Source of the DNA: Chrysomallon squamiferum
Lineage: Eukaryota; Animalia; Mollusca
Reading direction: 5' to 3'
Length of the DNA stretch: 64,000 nucleotides
Assembly: GCA_012295275.1 (NCBI GenBank)
Contig: CM022673.1
Coordinates: forward strand, 2,480,001 to 2,544,000
Shown here: positions 62,104 through 64,000 of the stretch, piece by piece
Layout: each line of letters opens with the position of its first letter
How positions within the stretch are numbered: the stretch's first letter is position 1
Notes under the pieces: model-generated
Database searches by the model: none
What the model was told of the DNA's origin: nothing
The model's input: the letters and a program-made list of their open reading frames with translations, nothing else
Position numbers and translations under genes: made by a program

Positions 62104-63425
62104 TTACGATGTTAATTCTCCATCCTTTCCATCTAATAGCTCAGCTCTGGGTGGCAGCTGACCTAGAACAAGGGAACAAAACAGAACACAAAAAATTAAT
62201 AATTTTTTTTTTTTTTTTAGAAAACTATACAATTTTGGCTCTATAGCAAATAAAAAGATTAAATAATGACGTATATATGGAATTCTGGTTAGAACGTGAA
62301 ATAATTCAAAACATTCTGTTAAATACAAATATTAATATTTATTGTCAGAATCTCCTAACAAAATGTGAAGCTCTGGTTAGGACCTGATATAATTAACTTT
62401 ACCACTTATAACAGTGATCAGACTGAGTGACAGGAGTTTTCATTCTCTTATATTGTTTAGTAACTTAAACTTACCAATGTGTTCATTGATGGCTTCACTT
62501 TTAGCTGTTGCCATCAGAAAACCATAGAAGGACACTCTGGGAAGAGCAAACAGGATGTCCTTCAGAGCATTGATTGGAGGGGTTCTGAAGTAAACAAACA
62601 CACCAGCAGATATCACAAAAATAATGAATATAAAAATAAACTTTTTTTTTTTTTTTTCTAAATCAGTTGTCATTTACTTTATTGTTCTTGGTGTTTATTA
62701 ATATGGAAACCCTATAAAAGAACTATAAAATTATATTAAAAAAACCCACAAAAAATAACAATAACCAAATAAAACCAATCACACCAAATGAAAGCAAAAA
62801 AACAAATAAATTAATAATCCTCAATTTAAAATGAAGAAGCTCATAAAGGTTTACACAGACTGATACTTTCCATTTATTGATGACAGTGATTTGAAAACAG
62901 ACATATGAAAAAAAAAAATCGTTCATAGATTACAATGATTTATGAGTGTCTTTCAGAGTTTGGTTCCATTTCCATTTTTATAATAATGAATAAAAGGGAA
63001 TCTGTGAGTCTTGCAAGGATTCTTTGGCACTTTATTATTAGTAAAGATCAGCAATATAAAACAACAACATGGAAGTGCATAAGATATATATTTACATCCA
63101 ATTTTTACAAATAATCCCAAAACATACTTTTTAAAGATCATTGCAAAAGAATGTTTCCCAAAATATTTAGAAAACTCATTGGAATGACTGTACTTGAAAA
63201 TCATATTTGTACTGATGAACAAATAACAATGAAGTAAATACTTAAAAGAGACTTGATCACATAGTGGGTACAGAGCGCGGAAGAACTGCATGGCATCAAC
63301 ACCATCAGCTGGCTGGTAGTTACTCTGGTGGACGTTAGTGTCTGTACTGGCTGAAGGAACAACAACAGGGTCACGAGGACTGCGTTGTGTCTGCAGAATT
63401 GACTGGTAAATTTGTGCACTCTTTT
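62104..63425 (-). CDS. Uncharacterised protein, 3' exons of a gene entering from beyond the right edge
   Basis: Phase-consistent exons 63425-63242, 62584-62475 and 62162-62104: KSAQIYQSILQTQRSPRDPVVVPSASTDTNVHQSNYQPADGVDAMQFFRALYPLCDQVSFKTPPINALKDILFALPRVSFYGFLMATAKSEAINEHIGQLPPRAELLDGKDGELTS*. All sites are AG/GT and GC is elevated. Family not recognised. The terminal TAA overlaps a TC|GTAAGC donor. Confidence 0.75.
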
Positions 63426-64000
63426 CTAGAAATTCTTTATAAAAAAAAAAAAAAAAAAAAATTAAAATAAAAAAACAATAACAGATTAAGTTAACAGAAA
63501 GGAATTACACACATTTTATTTGATTTTACAAAATTTGAATTAAATTATATTTTCTTAATGTTTCATTAAATTCTCTGCACCCTTTTCTAGAAATTCTTTA
63601 AAAAAAAATTAAAAAAAATTAAATAAAAATCATAAAAGGCTTATTTAACAAAAAGGAATTACATATATTTTATTTAATTTATAATATCTTAACATTTCAC
63701 AAAATTATGATAAAAAAAAATTATGTTCAAATCTAAAATAAATGTATGGACTGATACAGGATAAAACTGAGTATTTTACTTTAACCAAAAAGAAAGAGAA
63801 AAAATATCATTACAAATAAAGTTATTAAATGCAATTCATTTAAAAAAAAAGTTCTAACCTTCGTAGTAAAACTGTACTTGGAATGCGTAGACAAAATCTA
63901 CAAATGATATGAGGCAATCTAGTGCATCGTCAATTAATATTATTCTGGAAAAAAAAAAAAATTATATGTGTATGAGTCTCTGTGTGTTAAACATGCAATC

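Noticed and set aside
63201-63419. ORF-track peptide MHKFTSQFCRHNAVLVTLLLFLQP (signal-peptide-like)
   Set aside because: This frame does not join the next exon in phase; another frame of the same exon does.

Overview
AT-rich, intron-dense animal genomic DNA with many microsatellites. A lophotrochozoan, probably a gastropod mollusc, is my inference from gene content and recalled SINE-like fragments. I spliced the genes by hand using GT/AG sites and codon phase. In order: (1) the 3' half of a divergent SLC1/EAAT-family transporter (+); (2) a complete RECQL/RECQ1 helicase (-); (3) a ~40-exon DCDC1-like gene (+), head-to-head with RECQL; (4) a complete kinesin-8 KIF18A-like gene (+); (5) the 3' part of an unidentified minus-strand gene. 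Two observations stand out. First, the SLC1 protein keeps its substrate-binding residues but has its ion-coupling residues replaced (NMDGT->NRDGS, proton-site Glu->Ile, Na1-site Asp->Gln). Second, the apparent stop of the minus-strand gene sits inside a splice donor that joins in phase to four exons almost entirely missed by the ORF track. These encode a death-domain-like module now disabled by three nonsense codons and a lost acceptor. I found no CRISPR, rRNA, tRNA or intact transposase.
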